A DNA stretch of 64,000 nucleotides from an uncultured Planctomycetaceae bacterium (lineage in GTDB: Bacteria > Planctomycetota > Planctomycetia > Planctomycetales > Planctomycetaceae), in NCBI GenBank assembly GCA_963813715.1, contig CAWFAK010000005.1, forward strand, positions 64,001-128,000, in the 5' to 3' direction. The number at the start of each line of letters is the position of its first letter. Positions within the stretch are counted from its first letter, which is position 1. The position numbers were made by a program, and so were the translations under genes. The notes below the pieces were generated by a model. It ran no database searches, had not been told where the DNA came from, and saw only the letters and a program-made list of their open reading frames with translations. Positions 29,401 through 41,143 of the stretch are shown here, one piece after another.

Positions 29401-32400
29401 CGCTCACGTCGCCTACGGTGATCGCATTGCCGGCAGTAAAGGTCACACTGCCGTTTTCGGCGACGCTAATGCCGCCGGTGGGAGCCGTGATGGTGGGAGA
29501 CACCGGCACCACGGTGATTGACACGGTGGTCGTTCCCGTCAGACTGTTGCCGGTATCCGTGTCGGACAGCGACAGCACGTCGGGGCCGAGGTAGCCGGAC
29601 GTCGGCGTGTAGGTGAGGGTCGCCAGGTCACTGTTCAGGTTGGACAGCGAGCCGGTCAGCGTGAGCGAGGTGGAACCGTTGCCGACGACCGTCAGTCCGG
29701 TCATCGTCCCCAGAGTAAGGGTGCCGTTGGTCACCGAGAGGACCAGTTGTTCGGCCGTCCCACTGGGATCGACGACGCTGATCGCGTTGCCCCCGCTCAA
29801 CGTCAGGCTGCCGTTCTCGTTGACCGTCACGCCTGTGGGGACTTTGAACGTCGGCGCGACCGGGGTAATCGTGATCGAGACGCTGGCCGAGTTGATCAAC
29901 TCGTCGGTCGTGTCCTTCACGGAGAGCGACAGCGTGTCGGCGCCCAGGTAACCGGTGGTCGGCGTGTAGACGAGCGTGGGCAAGTCGTTATTGAAATTGG
30001 TCAGCGAACCGGTCAGGGTCAGCGTTTTCGTGCCGGCTCCGGACACCGTGAGGCCCGCCGTGGTGGTCAGGTTGAGCGTGCCATTGCTCACAGTGAGCAC
30101 CAGCTGCTCGGCCGTGCCGCTGGTGTCCGCAAGGCTGATCGCATTCTGCCCGTTGAAGACGAGAGTGCCGTTCTCGTTAACGCTGACGGCCAAGGGCGCG
30201 GTGATGGTCGGAGCGAACGCGGTGTTCGAGAACGGGTTGGAGGCGATACCGTCCGCGATGACGACAATCGTGAACGGGTCGTTGCCGATGGCGGCCGGCA
30301 GCACGACGTTGGCCGTTTCGGGCGTGCTGCCGGTGGCGACGCCGACCGAGCTCCAATCTGAGGTCGTCGCGTAGTAAACGGTCCCCGTGCTGGTGTCGAC
30401 CACCCGCACGATGGGATAGTTCTCCGCCATCTGGTTGTCGTCGCCGTAGGACGCCCCTTCGTCGAGTCCGTTGAGCTGCGTTCCCGTCAGCGTGTAGTCG
30501 TTGCCACTCTGCTGCGTGAAGCTGGTGATGGTCGGTTGCCAGGACGCCTGCGGACTCCCGTTGGGCGTGTAGACGGCGAGCTGATTGTTGTCGTCGGTCA
30601 GCAGCAGCTGTCCCGTCGGCAGGATGAGGAACGTATTGATAAAGCTGTTACTGTCACTGAGGAACGGATCGACGGTCGCCGAGGGCGTAATGTTCGTCCA
30701 GACGTCGGCCGTCGTGTTGAGGTCGTAGATATAGGTCGGCCCCGGGAATTGTTCCTCCCCGGTGTTGTCGATGTAGACCGCGGGCGAAAGCGCCAGCACG
30801 ACGTCCCCATTGGGCAGGATGGCGCCCGGCGCGTCGCCTGTCGTAAGCTGCGTCATGACGCCGTTGATCATGACAGAGGGCATCGTCGGGCCCTGCGTCC
30901 AGGAGTTCGTGCCTGGATTGTAGAGCGCGGTCGTGCCGTTGGTTCCAGTGAAGAGCGCGTCTCCATTGGCCAGCAGAAGCGCGGGGCCCAACTCATAACC
31001 CGTGCCCTCCGTCGAGAGCAGGGGAATCGTGCCGACCGTGCTGCTGGCGTCGGACCAGGTATTCGTGCTGGGGTTATACAGCTCGGCCTCGAACTTGTTG
31101 TCGGTGATGCTCGAGAAGAGGTCGTAGGTGAGGATGTCGCCGTTGGCCAGCTTCACCCACGCCTCCTCGTCGCTCTGGTCGTTGTGGACCTTGGTGCCGC
31201 CCGCGCTCCACGCATTCGTGGTTGGGTCGTAAATCTCGGTGCCGTTGTCTTCGATGTCGCCCACGAGGACGTTGCCATCCGGCAGGAGCTCGGTCGGTTC
31301 GTCCCCGACAATCGACTTCGGACTGCTCGCCACCATCGTCCACTTGCTGGTGACCGGATTGTAGATTTCGGCGGAATTCGAGAAATTCTCGTCGGTCGCA
31401 TACTCGCCGCCCACGACGAAGACTTCGCCGTTAGGCAGCACGGTGGACCCGAAATAAAGACGTCCGACATTCATCGAGCCCGCCACCGTCCAGGTCCCGT
31501 CGACGTAGCTGCCGGTGCTGTCGGGCGTGACCAGATACCAACTGGTAGAAGGGCCGTTGCCGCCGCCTCCATGCACGAAGAGTTGACCGTTGGGAAGCAA
31601 AAGACTCAACTGGCCCGCGTCCCCCTGCGGAACCGCGTTCGACATGGCGGTCCAGTTCTGCGACACCGGCGCGATGACGGTCAGCGGCACGGTCTTCGAC
31701 GCCGATTGGTTCGTCCCCGGATCCAGCAACGTCACCGACAGCGTATCGCCGCCCAAGTAATTGGTCGCCGGCTGAAAGGTCAGCCCGTTGAGGGCGGCGT
31801 CCAGGTTGGTGACCGTTCCGCTCACCGTGAACGAAGCCGAATTGTCGGTGCCGCTCGTGAAGGTGAGACCGTTGGTCGTCGCCAGGCTCAACGTCCCATG
31901 CAACACGGCAAGGGAGAGCGAGTCGGCATTGGTGCCGGCACTCGTGTCCGTGACATCGATGGCGTTGTTGTCGGCCGTGGAAAACGTCAGCAAGTTGTTT
32001 TCTTCGGTGCCGGTGGCCGTGGGGGCAGTGACTTTCGGCGGTTGCTGCGAGCCGTAGCCGGCCAAGTCCGGGACCAGCAAGTTGGCCTTGGGCGTGCCCA
32101 GGCCGGTCACCAGGTCGTAGCCGACGCCGGCGCTATAGGTGCCGTTGCTCCCGGTCGTCACGTCGTTGAAGTCGCTGCTCGGCAGTCCATACAGCATGGG
32201 CAACGTTTGCGTGGCCCCGTTGAGCGTTGTCTCGCCGGCGAGCACGCGGCCCTGGTCGGCGATGGCGATCATGCCGGCCCACAAGGGACAAGCCAGACTG
32301 GTGCCGCCGACGTCGATCCATCCGTTCGCGCCGTACGAGTATGAGTCGTAGACATAAACGCCGGTATTGGGGTCGGCGTCGGCGGACACGTCGGGCACGT

Positions 32401-33374
32401 TGCGATTGGTCTTGCTCGCTTGGTTGACCCCGTTGATGCCGCTCTGGAAGCTGGGCAGCGTCTCGTAGATGCTGGTGCCGCCGCCCGTATCCGACCAGGC
32501 GCTTTCGGAGACGTAGGCGCCGCTGGATTGAATTTGCAGATTCGTCCCGCCGACCGCGACAACGTCGGGAGAGAACGAGGGATAGCCGGCCGGCGTGCCG
32601 TCGTCGCCCGTGGAGGCCAGAATCGTGACGCCCTGATGGCCGGGCGGAGTGATGAAGTACGAGCTGTCGTCCTGCGTCTCGGTCGAGTACTCGCCGCCAC
32701 CCCAGCTGTTGGAGATGACGGACACTCCCGGGAAGCCCGCTGCTGTCGCCTCAGCCGTGTACAGGTCGCTTCCGTTAGGCGAATTCCCCTCGAAGAGAAT
32801 GATGTTGGCCTGCGGGGCCATCGAGTGCACCCACTCGACGTCGAGCGACTCTTCGACATCCCAGCCGAATTGTGGCGCGTTTCTGCGGCAGCGTGGTGCC
32901 CCCGTCCTCGTTGAGCACGCGGAACGTCGGTCCGCCCGCGACGTTGAACTGCTGCAGGCCGAATTGAGTGCTGAAGGTGGCTGCGTCGGAAATGATGTTC
33001 GGATCGTTGTAAGCGTCAACGATCGCGACCGTCTGTCCGGCTCCCGTTCCCACCACGCCGTCGAACGAGATCGCGTTGACGCCGTAGGCCGTCGCGACCT
33101 GCACGGGAGTGTAGGGACCCTGGCTACTGGGTTGCGAGGCCGGGGAGGCCATCGGTTTCACGTTGGGATTGATGACAAACGTCGGGACCGCGGTGCCGAG
33201 CACCGCTGGCGTGACGGCCGAGAGCATCTGCCGCCCTTCGAGTTCTTCGACGGTGTGTCCGCAGTAGGCGGGTCCGGGAAAGAAAGCCGAGTCGCGTCGT
33301 CCGCGCTGTCGCGCACGCTTGCGTGGTTTAACAGGCGCGATTTTGCGCAGACTCAGACGCTTCGGAAAAAACAT
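26459..33374 (-). CDS. S53 peptidase with LExR motif, Kelch-like propeller and 11 beta-rich repeats (paralog 4; apparent frameshift near 32881)
   Basis: LEGRQMLS, EESLD, ASTGDDG, GGTSLACP; seven LxxG-type blade motifs at about 30230-31660. ORFs 32775..33374 and 26459..33019 join. Confidence 0.87.
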
Positions 33375-33793
33375 CCTCAGGACTCCCGATTACCGATGCG
33401 CAGTGGGAGGGCGCAGAAAGAAGGAGATCACAGCCAGTCGCGTGGATACGGCGATCTTCTCGGGAAGAAACGGTCAATGGCCCGAGACCAAAATGAACGT
33501 CGTAAATCTTTGTGCAAACCTAGGATTGGACAGTAATCCGGGGGCTCTTTCAAGCCCCTAAATCCGAACAATCCCTAGCCAGACCCTGCCGCTTCCCGCG
33601 ACCGGCCCGCGAGGGATGATGGCATCAGCGGCCCTCGGCCAGAGCGACCCAGGCGTTCGCCCGACGCGTGTCGGACCGCCCGCAAAGGGTCGCGTCGATT
33701 AGACTTCCGCGTTCAGAGCCCCCGAGCCCGTGACGTGAGCGCAACCGTCGAACGGGCCGAAGTTCGCGCCACTGAGCCTGGGACGAGATCGTT

Positions 33794-34812
33794 CTAGTTT
33801 CCGGTCGTCAGCACGACGCGGAAGCGGGCCTTGCCGCTCATCATCCGGTCATAGGCCTCGTTGGCCCGCTCCAGGGGCACGACCTCGTTCATCGAACGGA
33901 CGCCTGTCAGAGAGCTGAATCGCAGCGCGTCCTGTGAATCGATCGAGATGCCGGAGTACCATCCCTTCACGGCCCGCGAGCCCGTGATCAGAAATATGGG
34001 ATTAACCTCGAGGGACCCGACCGCTCCGATGACCAGCATCGTGCCGTTGGTGGCCAGCCCGCCCAGGACCGACTGCATGGCGTCACTGCTCGTCGCGGTG
34101 GCGAGAATCGCCTTGGCCCCTCCCATCCGAGCCAGCTCGGCTGCCGGGTCTTGGGCTTGGTTGTCGATATAGTGCGTCGCGCCCAGCTTGCGAGCCAGCG
34201 GTTCTTTGTCCTTGCCGCGGGCGATCGCCACCGTCTTGAAGCCCATCTTGGCGGCATACTGCACACCGAGATGGCCCAGGCCACCCAAGCCCAGAATCGC
34301 CACCACGTCGCCCGGGGCGGCGCCGCTGTGCCGCAGCGCATTGAACGTGGTCACTCCCGCGCACAGAGCGGCGCCGCATCGATCTCCGACAGCTCCTTCG
34401 GCACGCGGGCGACGGCTGACGATTGGGCGATCATGTAGTCGGCATAGCCGCCGTCCGACGTGATTCCCGTGACGCGAGTCGCCGTCTGGCAGGCGAAGAA
34501 CTCGCCGCGACGGCACGCGTCGCAATAGCCGCAGTAGCCCCCGTTCCAGCCGACACCGACGCGCTCGCCGACGGTCCAGCCGGCGACGTTCGGCCCGAGC
34601 GCGTCGACCAGCCCTACGACCTCGTGCCCGGGCACTCGCGGATATTCGATACCGGGCCACATCCCTTCCTTCGTGAGCGAATCGCTGTGGCAGACGCCGC
34701 ACGCCTGCACTTTGATGCGCACGGTTCCCGGACCCGGTTCGGGAATGTCTCGCTCGACGATCTCAAAGGCTGCTTTCGGCTTGCTAACCTGCACGGCGCG
34801 CATCTTGGACAT
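33794..34812 (-). CDS. Zinc-dependent alcohol dehydrogenase (apparent frameshift near 34365)
   Basis: CGVCHSD, GHE, CGYCDACRRG, CAGVTTF, GLGGLGH. Confidence 0.92.
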
Positions 34813-34911
34813 GGGATGGCTCCTGGTTGGTAGTGTCGATCGAGAATCCCGCAGGCGAATTGTACCTGGGTTCGGCTCGAGTGGCCCACTGTCTGAGCGA
34901 ATCGGAAGAAC

Positions 34912-34936
34912 TCGGGGGGCTGACGCCCCCCGCTCG
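34912..34936. repeat. GC-rich hairpin, REP-like
   Basis: GGGGGGC-TGAC-GCCCCCC just beyond the kinase stop codon. Confidence 0.45.
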
Positions 34937-34939
34937 GGC

Positions 34940-36698
34940 TCAAACGATGGTCGGCGGATCGAGGGCGCGGTGCTCGTCATCGACGCGGGGCCAGTCGAGC
35001 ACGAAGCGGCAGCCGAAGCCCGGCTTGGTTTCGACGATCACGTCGCCGCCATGCTCGCGAAGAATCTTCTGGCTGACGGCCAGTCCCAGCCCGGTGCCCC
35101 GCGCTCCCTTGGTCGACTCAAAGATGTTGAAGATCTTGGCCAATTGGTCCTCGGGAATTCCCGGACCGTTGTCGGTGACGGCGACGAAGATCACGTCGCC
35201 CGACGCTTCGTGCCCCGTCTCGACGATCACGTGTCCCCCTTCGATCCCCTCGACTGCGTCGATGGCGTTGGTGACGACATTGAGCACGGCGCGGTGAATC
35301 CCCTCGGCGTCGAACGTGGCCGATGGCAGATCATCCTTGAGCCGCACTTCGAGCCGCACCTTGCAATCGGCGGCCCGGGCCTGCATCAGCTCGCAGACCT
35401 CGGTCACAGTTTGATTGAGCGCGGCGACCTTCATCACGGGCTGCCGCTCTTTGCTGAAGGTGAGCATGTCCATCACAAGCTGGTAGATCTTGTTCTGGTT
35501 CTTTTCGACGATGCCCCAGCCTTGCTCGACGTGGTGTTCGTTGTGCTCCTTGAGCCCCAGGTCGATCAGGTAGCTGCCGCCGCGGATGCCCTGCAAAATG
35601 TTCTTGATGTGATGGCTGAGCATGGCGATCGTCTGACCCATCGCCGCCAGCCGCTCGGCCTTGACCAGCGCCTCTTGGTATCGGCTGTTCTCGATGGCGA
35701 GCGCCGCCTGGCTGCCGATGGCCACGAGCAGACGCAACTGGTCCTCCGAGAACTTGTGCGTCATGCCGCCATCCAGGACGACGCGTTCGGGCGGCGTGGT
35801 CGTGTCGACGTAGATCACGCCCAGCACGTCGACGCGGCCCTGCATGGGGACGCACATCGCCTCGCGGATGCCGGCCTGCAGGATGCTTTGACCGGGGACG
35901 AAGCGGCGATCCGTCCGCGCATCGGACGTGCGCACGCCCTGGCCTTTTTCCAAAACGTAATCGACGATGCTGCGCGAGACGGGCATCCGCGCGCTCTGGT
36001 CGGCCCGCCGGCCGTAGCTCACGACCTTGGGCACGCTCTTGCCCGTCTCCGGATCGGTCACCAGCATGCAGCCGCGATCGGCGCCGACCACGCCGATCGT
36101 CAGGTTGAGGATTCGTTGCAGCAGTTGATCGAGCGAGATCGCCGGGCTGACGGCTTCTTCCGCGATGCGATAAATGGCCTGCAGGTTGGACAGCTCCTGC
36201 GCGTGCGGACTGCCACCCACGCGCCGTTTGCTCGGAAAGGTTTTTGGCCGCCTCCTGCCCCACCTCGCCGACGATGCTCGCCTGGTCGTCGGCGTTCGGC
36301 CGGCTGACGAGATCGATGCGGTCGGCCGCTTCGCGTCCCGGCGCGACGGCGTTCGACTGGTGAAACAAGAGCACCGTGCCGCCCAGCTGCACCTGGTCGC
36401 CGTCGTGCAGCTCCTTCATGCGAATCGCGGCGCCGTTGACGAACGTGCCGTTGGCGCTGCCGCGGTCTTTGACAACGAACGCGCCGTCCACGAATTGGAT
36501 GACCGCGTGTTGCCGGGAAGCTTCGTCGTCGCCGACGCGAATTTCGTTGCGGAGACCGCGGCCCAAGCTGACGGGCTTTTCGCCGATCTCAAAGCGGGAA
36601 CCCTGGTCGGCCCCGCGGATCACGAGGAGCGTCGCCTTCGCCGGCCTGGTTCTCTCGTCCGTTGCCACGTCGACTCGACCTGGAAGCGTCCTGTCCAT
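34940..36698 (-). CDS. FHA-GAF sensor histidine kinase (apparent frameshift near 36200-36225)
   Basis: FHA LGR..SRQHA..SANGTF; GAF AMCVPM..LGVIYVD; H-box SHHIKN; NAIDA, DNGPG, GTGLGL. Confidence 0.88.
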
Positions 36699-36905
36699 GC
36701 GCCGGGCGGCTCCGTGATCCGCACTTCGGCCCGCGGGAGCATTGCCAACATCATAGCAACGACGGCAATCGCAGGTCCAAAGTCCGGGTTTCACTCGACA
36801 TTGGGAAATCGGCCGCCCAATGTCAACACCCGGCGCACAACGTCGTTACGGCGAACGGGCATTGAATCCGAGACGGAGCGAACTCGAGAAGAGAGACGAG
36901 CGCGC

Positions 36906-37280
36906 TCAGGCAGCATCCGCGGCCGACAGCAGCCGCTCGATCGTGCGGATCAGCTCGCCGTACTGGAACGGCTGCTCGAGGTAATGATCCTCGGTGGCCG
37001 TCTCGCAGGCGTCGTGCACCTTCGTCGATCCGATGACGATCCGCGGCACGTTCTGCCACCCGGCGGGGGCAGCGGCGGGCGCCGGCTCTTCGTCGACGTG
37101 CAGCACCATCACGCTCGGCCGGCGCTTCGACGCCAACTCTTCGGCACCCGCGCTGCGGATGCGGTCGACGGAGAGGCCGCGGGGCTCGAGCACGGCTCGC
37201 AACACTTCTTCCGTCTCTGAAAGTCCGTCGACGACAAGAACGCGCTGCTGAGCCGTCACGCGGATTTCTTTCTCGGACAA
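36906..37280 (-). CDS. Degenerate receiver-like small protein
   Basis: RVLVVD..EVLRAVLEPRG at the start and QPFQYGELIRTIERLL at the end resemble CheY fold termini; the start codon is uncertain. Confidence 0.55.
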   Translation of the reverse strand: MSEKEIRVTAQQRVLVVDGLSETEEVLRAVLEPRGLSVDRIRSAGAEELASKRRPSVMVLHVDEEPAPAAAPAGWQNVPRIVIGSTKVHDACETATEDHYLEQPFQYGELIRTIERLLSAADAA

Positions 37281-37523
37281 TCGGCTGGTTCTCGCTCAGG
37301 GCGAGAAGCGATTTTTGGGTTGCGTCGCAGGTCGGGTTGAGAGTCGGAGTTCGTTCGTGGGGCGGGAGAATATCGCGATCGCGAATGCGTGTTAAGAGCA
37401 AAATCGCATTCGCGCAGGTCGGCGCACGGCGCTGGAAATGGGAGAAAAACCCGGAGATTTTCGCAGTTTTTGCCTTGCGGCCGACTGTAAAAATTACAAC
37501 GACCGAGCGAGGGCTTCGTGCCT

Positions 37524-38291
37524 TCATTTCGGTGCCATGCGGATCGCGCCGTCGAGGCGGATCGTTTCGCCGTTGAGCATTTCGTTCTCGACGATGTGAG
37601 CGGCGAGCGCGGCGAACTCGTCGGCCCGGCCGAGTCGCGAGGGGAAAGGAATCTGCTGGGCGAGCGATTTGCGGACCTCTTCGGAGAGTTGTCCGAGCAT
37701 GGGCGTCTCGAAGATGCCGGGCGCGATGGTCATCACACGGATGCCCACCCGCGAGAGGTCGCGGGCGATGGGCAGCGTCATTCCAACCACGCCCCCCTTC
37801 GACGCGCTGTAGGCCGCTTGCCCGATTTGCCCGTCGAAGGCCGCCACCGACGCCGTGTTGACTATCACGCCCCGTTCGCCCGACGCGTTGGGCTCGCTCT
37901 TGGACATCGCGGTCGCGGCGACCGCAATCATGTTGAACGTGCCGATCAGGTTGACGTTGATCACCCGCGAGAACGACTCGAGCCGATGCGGCCCTTCTTT
38001 TCCCACGGTCCGCTCGGCCAGCGCGATTCCCGCGCAATTGACCAGCCCGTGCAGCCCGCCCAACTCCTTGAGGGCCGTTTCGACCGCACGCTCAGCCGAG
38101 GCCCGGTTGGTGACGTCGGTCTCGACGAAGCGGACCTTCGGTCCGAGTTCGGCCGCGAGCGCTTCGCCTGCCGCCTTTTGCACGTCGGCAATCACCGCCC
38201 GCCCGCCGCCGGCGACAAACCGCCGCACGCAGGCGGCTCCAAGTCCCGATCCGCCGCCCGTGACCAAGAACGTGTGATCGGCGATCTTCAT
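37524..38291 (-). CDS. SDR-family 3-hydroxyacyl-CoA dehydrogenase (type II/HSD10-like)
   Basis: [34 protein letters not shown]. Confidence 0.93.
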   Translation of the reverse strand: MKIADHTFLVTGGGSGLGAACVRRFVAGGGRAVIADVQKAAGEALAAELGPKVRFVETDVTNRASAERAVETALKELGGLHGLVNCAGIALAERTVGKEGPHRLESFSRVINVNLIGTFNMIAVAATAMSKSEPNASGERGVIVNTASVAAFDGQIGQAAYSASKGGVVGMTLPIARDLSRVGIRVMTIAPGIFETPMLGQLSEEVRKSLAQQIPFPSRLGRADEFAALAAHIVENEMLNGETIRLDGAIRMAPK

Positions 38292-38350
38292 GATGGGAGA
38301 TCCGTTGGGTCTAAATGACTGCGCGCGACTTTGGGAATCTGGCTCGAATG

Positions 38351-38401
38351 CCCCCTCACCCCAAGCCCCTCTCCCGCGAGGGGAGAGGGAGAGGGAGAGG
38401 G
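38351..38401. repeat. REP-like palindrome
   Basis: CCCCTCACCCCAAGCCCCTCTCCC-GCGA-GGGGAGAGGG, intergenic. Confidence 0.6.
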
Positions 38402-38431
38402 ATTGCAGGGTGCTAATGAGGGCGGCACTGC

Positions 38432-39595
38432 TTAGATCCGTTCGATGATCGTGGCGGTCGCCATGCCGTGGCCGATGCACATCACCTGCAAGCCGGTCTT
38501 CCCGCCCGTCGTTTCCAGGCCGATCAGCATCTTGGACATCAGGCCGGCGCCCGTCGCACCCAGCGGATGGCCGTGCGCGATGGCACCGCCCCACGGGTTG
38601 ACCCGTTCCATACGGGGCTTCAACTCGCGGGCCCAACTGAGGACGACCGTGGCGAACGCTTCGTTGATTTCGATCCAGTCGAGATCGTGGATCGTCATCT
38701 TGGCCCGTTCGAGCGCTTTGCGCGTCGCCGGGATCACGCCGGTGAGCTGCATCATCGGATCATCACCGACGGCCACCTTGGCCAGAAAGCGGGCCCGCGG
38801 TTTGAAGCCGTCGGCCTTGGCCGTCTCCCGGTCGCCGACCAGGATGGCGGAGGCGCCGTCGGAAATCTGGCTCGAGTTGCCGGCCGTCACCACGCCGTTG
38901 CCGTTCGGGCGGAACACCGTGGCGAGCGACTTCATCTTCGCCATGTCGAGCTTTTCGCGAATGCCTTCGTCGCGTTTGAGCTCGAACGACTTGCCGTCCG
39001 CGTCGATCCCCGGCGTCGGCAGGATTTCTTTGTTGAAGCTCTGCGCGGCGGCCGCGCTCGCCTTCCGATGACTCTCCGCCGAGTACTGATCGACGTCGTC
39101 GCGAGTGATCTGCCACTTTTCGGCGATCCGCTCGGCACTTTCGCCCTGGTGGATCAGGTCGAATTTTTCCAGCACGGCCGGGTTGAGCTTCTCATAGCCG
39201 CCGCCGATGTCGCTGAACATCGGCACGCGGGTCATGCTCTCGACACCCGCACCGATCGCGTACTTGGCATCGCCCGCCGCGACTTCCTGAGCGGCAAAGT
39301 GCACCGCTTGCTGACTCGAGCCGCACATGCGGTTGAGCGTGACGGCCGGCACCGAAACGGGGAAACCGGCCAGAAGCACGCCGAGCCGGCCGACGTTCGC
39401 ACCTTGCTCACCGACCTGTTGCACGACGCCCGTCACCACGTCTTCAATCTTCGACGGGTCAATGCCGGCGCGCTTGGCGAGGCCCCGCAGCGCGTGGGCC
39501 AACAGAACGTCGGGACGCGTCTCGCGAAAGGCGCCGTTTCGCTTGGCGAACGGAGTCCGCGCGACTTCGAGAATCACCGGTTCAGCCATCGTCAT
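38432..39595 (-). CDS. Acetyl-CoA acyltransferase (thiolase)
   Basis: [25 protein letters not shown]. Confidence 0.95.
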   Translation of the reverse strand: MTMAEPVILEVARTPFAKRNGAFRETRPDVLLAHALRGLAKRAGIDPSKIEDVVTGVVQQVGEQGANVGRLGVLLAGFPVSVPAVTLNRMCGSSQQAVHFAAQEVAAGDAKYAIGAGVESMTRVPMFSDIGGGYEKLNPAVLEKFDLIHQGESAERIAEKWQITRDDVDQYSAESHRKASAAAAQSFNKEILPTPGIDADGKSFELKRDEGIREKLDMAKMKSLATVFRPNGNGVVTAGNSSQISDGASAILVGDRETAKADGFKPRARFLAKVAVGDDPMMQLTGVIPATRKALERAKMTIHDLDWIEINEAFATVVLSWARELKPRMERVNPWGGAIAHGHPLGATGAGLMSKMLIGLETTGGKTGLQVMCIGHGMATATIIERI

Positions 39596-39723
39596 TCTCC
39601 CCCAGCCTCAGGAAACTGCATCACGAATTCGGTTCGATGGGTGGCCGAGGTCGAGCGCAGCGAGCCCCGGGGATTCAACGATCGCTCCAGCCACCCGACT
39701 CTTCGTTCTTCTCCGCCTCAACC

Positions 39724-40579
39724 TCACTCGCGAACGGCGACGATCGGCAAATCGTGCGCGGCCGCCCACGTTTCCCACGCGGCCGACGTGCGCCGGGCAA
39801 ACGCTACGCCGAGCGCTTCATGTGTGAGCGATTCGGCTGCCAGCTCGCGCGTCAGCCGCTCCGCAAAGTGCGGCTCGAGCGCCGCCACGGCAATCCAGCC
39901 GTCAGCCGTCCGGTAGAGATTGTATCCAGGCCACGCACCGCCGAGCAGTCCCGACGCCAGCGTCAGCCCGTGCTGGTGAGCCAGTGGCAAATCTCGCGGC
40001 GGCTTGGGCCAGACTGACTTGCGCAAAACCGGCCACCCCGGTTCGCTCACGAGCCACCAGCAACGAAACGCCAGTCGACACCGCTTCCTCCGCGCCGCCC
40101 AAATCGGCGATCAGCGTCCGCGGCATTTCCGGAGGCGACACCAGCCCCAGCGTTGCCTGGTACGTGAGATCGTGCCCGGGCCGATTCTCGTCCGGAGGCT
40201 CGTGCCCGATGATGGCCACCTGGCACAGCCGAAGGAATTCCTGGTGCAGTGTGCTCCAGCCGAGGCCCAAGCGATCGAGCGCGGCGGGGCGCGACGAAGT
40301 CAGCAGCAAATCGCTCTCGGCCAGCAGCGGATCGAGATCGCGCCGCTCGGCGGCTTCCTTCAGATCGAGCTTGAGGACGGCGACGTTTTCATGCAGCGCG
40401 CCGTACCAGGCCGCGCAGCCGCGAGCGAGTGGATCCCCGTCGGGCGGCTCGATCTTGGTGACGCTCGCGCCCAGATCGCGCAGGCGGCCGGCAGCGACCG
40501 GTCCCGGTAGATTGATCGCCAGACTGACGACCTTCAGTCCGGCCAGCGGCTTCGACTTTGAAGAAGATGGGGCCGGCAT
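39724..40579 (-). CDS. CaiB/BaiF family III CoA-transferase (apparent frameshift near 39990)
   Basis: PLAGLKVV..NLPGP, KIEPPDGDP, GHDLTY, IADLGG, YRTADGWIAVAALEPHF. Confidence 0.85.
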
Positions 40580-40580
40580 G

Positions 40581-40658
40581 GTGGGAGGGCGAAGCTCCTG
40601 CTGAGCCGGTATTTCACTTCGGGCATGGGCCGCAGCTCGGCGGGAGCCTCGCCCTTCC
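40581..40658. repeat. REPIN-like inverted repeat pair, copy 1
   Basis: GGGAGGGCGAAGCTCCTGCTGAGCC ... AGCTCGGCGGGAGCCTCGCCCTTCC; the left arm is identical to the one at 58144. Confidence 0.75.
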
Positions 40659-40661
40659 AGA

Positions 40662-41129
40662 TCACAGTTCGTCCGCGGCCGCCAGCCACGGCGTGATCGA
40701 CTGCTTGCCCGACAGCAGTTCGGCCGGCGTGAAGTAGATTTCGATCTCGCGCTTGGCGGCGTCCGGTCCGTCGCTGCCGTGCATCAAGTTCATCTGGCGG
40801 CTGACGCCGAAGTCGCCTCGGATCGTGCCCGGCGGGGCCTGGCGGCCGTTCGTCGGCCCCATCATGGCTCGCACGACGGCGACGGCGTCTGGGCCTTCAG
40901 CCACAAGAGCCACCACCGGACCCGACGTGATGAATTTCTCAACGAGCGGGTAGAACGGCTTATTCACGTGCTCGGCATAGTGCCGCCGCGACAGCTCGGG
41001 CGTCACCTGCAGGAGCTTCATGCCGACGATCGCCAGGCCCTTGTCCTCGATGCGGCTGATGAGACGGCCGGCGAGGCGGCGCTCGATGGCATCGGGCTTG
41101 ATCAGAATGAGAGTCCGCTCGCTGGGCAT
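40662..41129 (-). CDS. ndk: Nucleoside diphosphate kinase
   Basis: ERTLILIKPD, HYAEH, PGTIRGDF, NLMHGSD. Confidence 0.97.
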   Translation of the reverse strand: MPSERTLILIKPDAIERRLAGRLISRIEDKGLAIVGMKLLQVTPELSRRHYAEHVNKPFYPLVEKFITSGPVVALVAEGPDAVAVVRAMMGPTNGRQAPPGTIRGDFGVSRQMNLMHGSDGPDAAKREIEIYFTPAELLSGKQSITPWLAAADEL

Positions 41130-41143
41130 GATGAGTCCTGTGC

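Noticed and set aside
14975..32350. Regular series of ~110-aa plus-strand ORFs resembling a small-gene array
   Set aside because: They are antisense shadows of the coding repeats in the minus-strand peptidases.
14740..33374. Repeats as CRISPR array or DGR template/variable repeats
   Set aside because: The repeats are in-frame, ~360 nt and diverged at synonymous sites; no cas or reverse transcriptase gene is present.
33520..33578. Imperfect nested inverted repeat upstream of paralog 4
   Set aside because: Single copy, imperfect and unrelated to the motif before paralogs 1-3; too weak to call.
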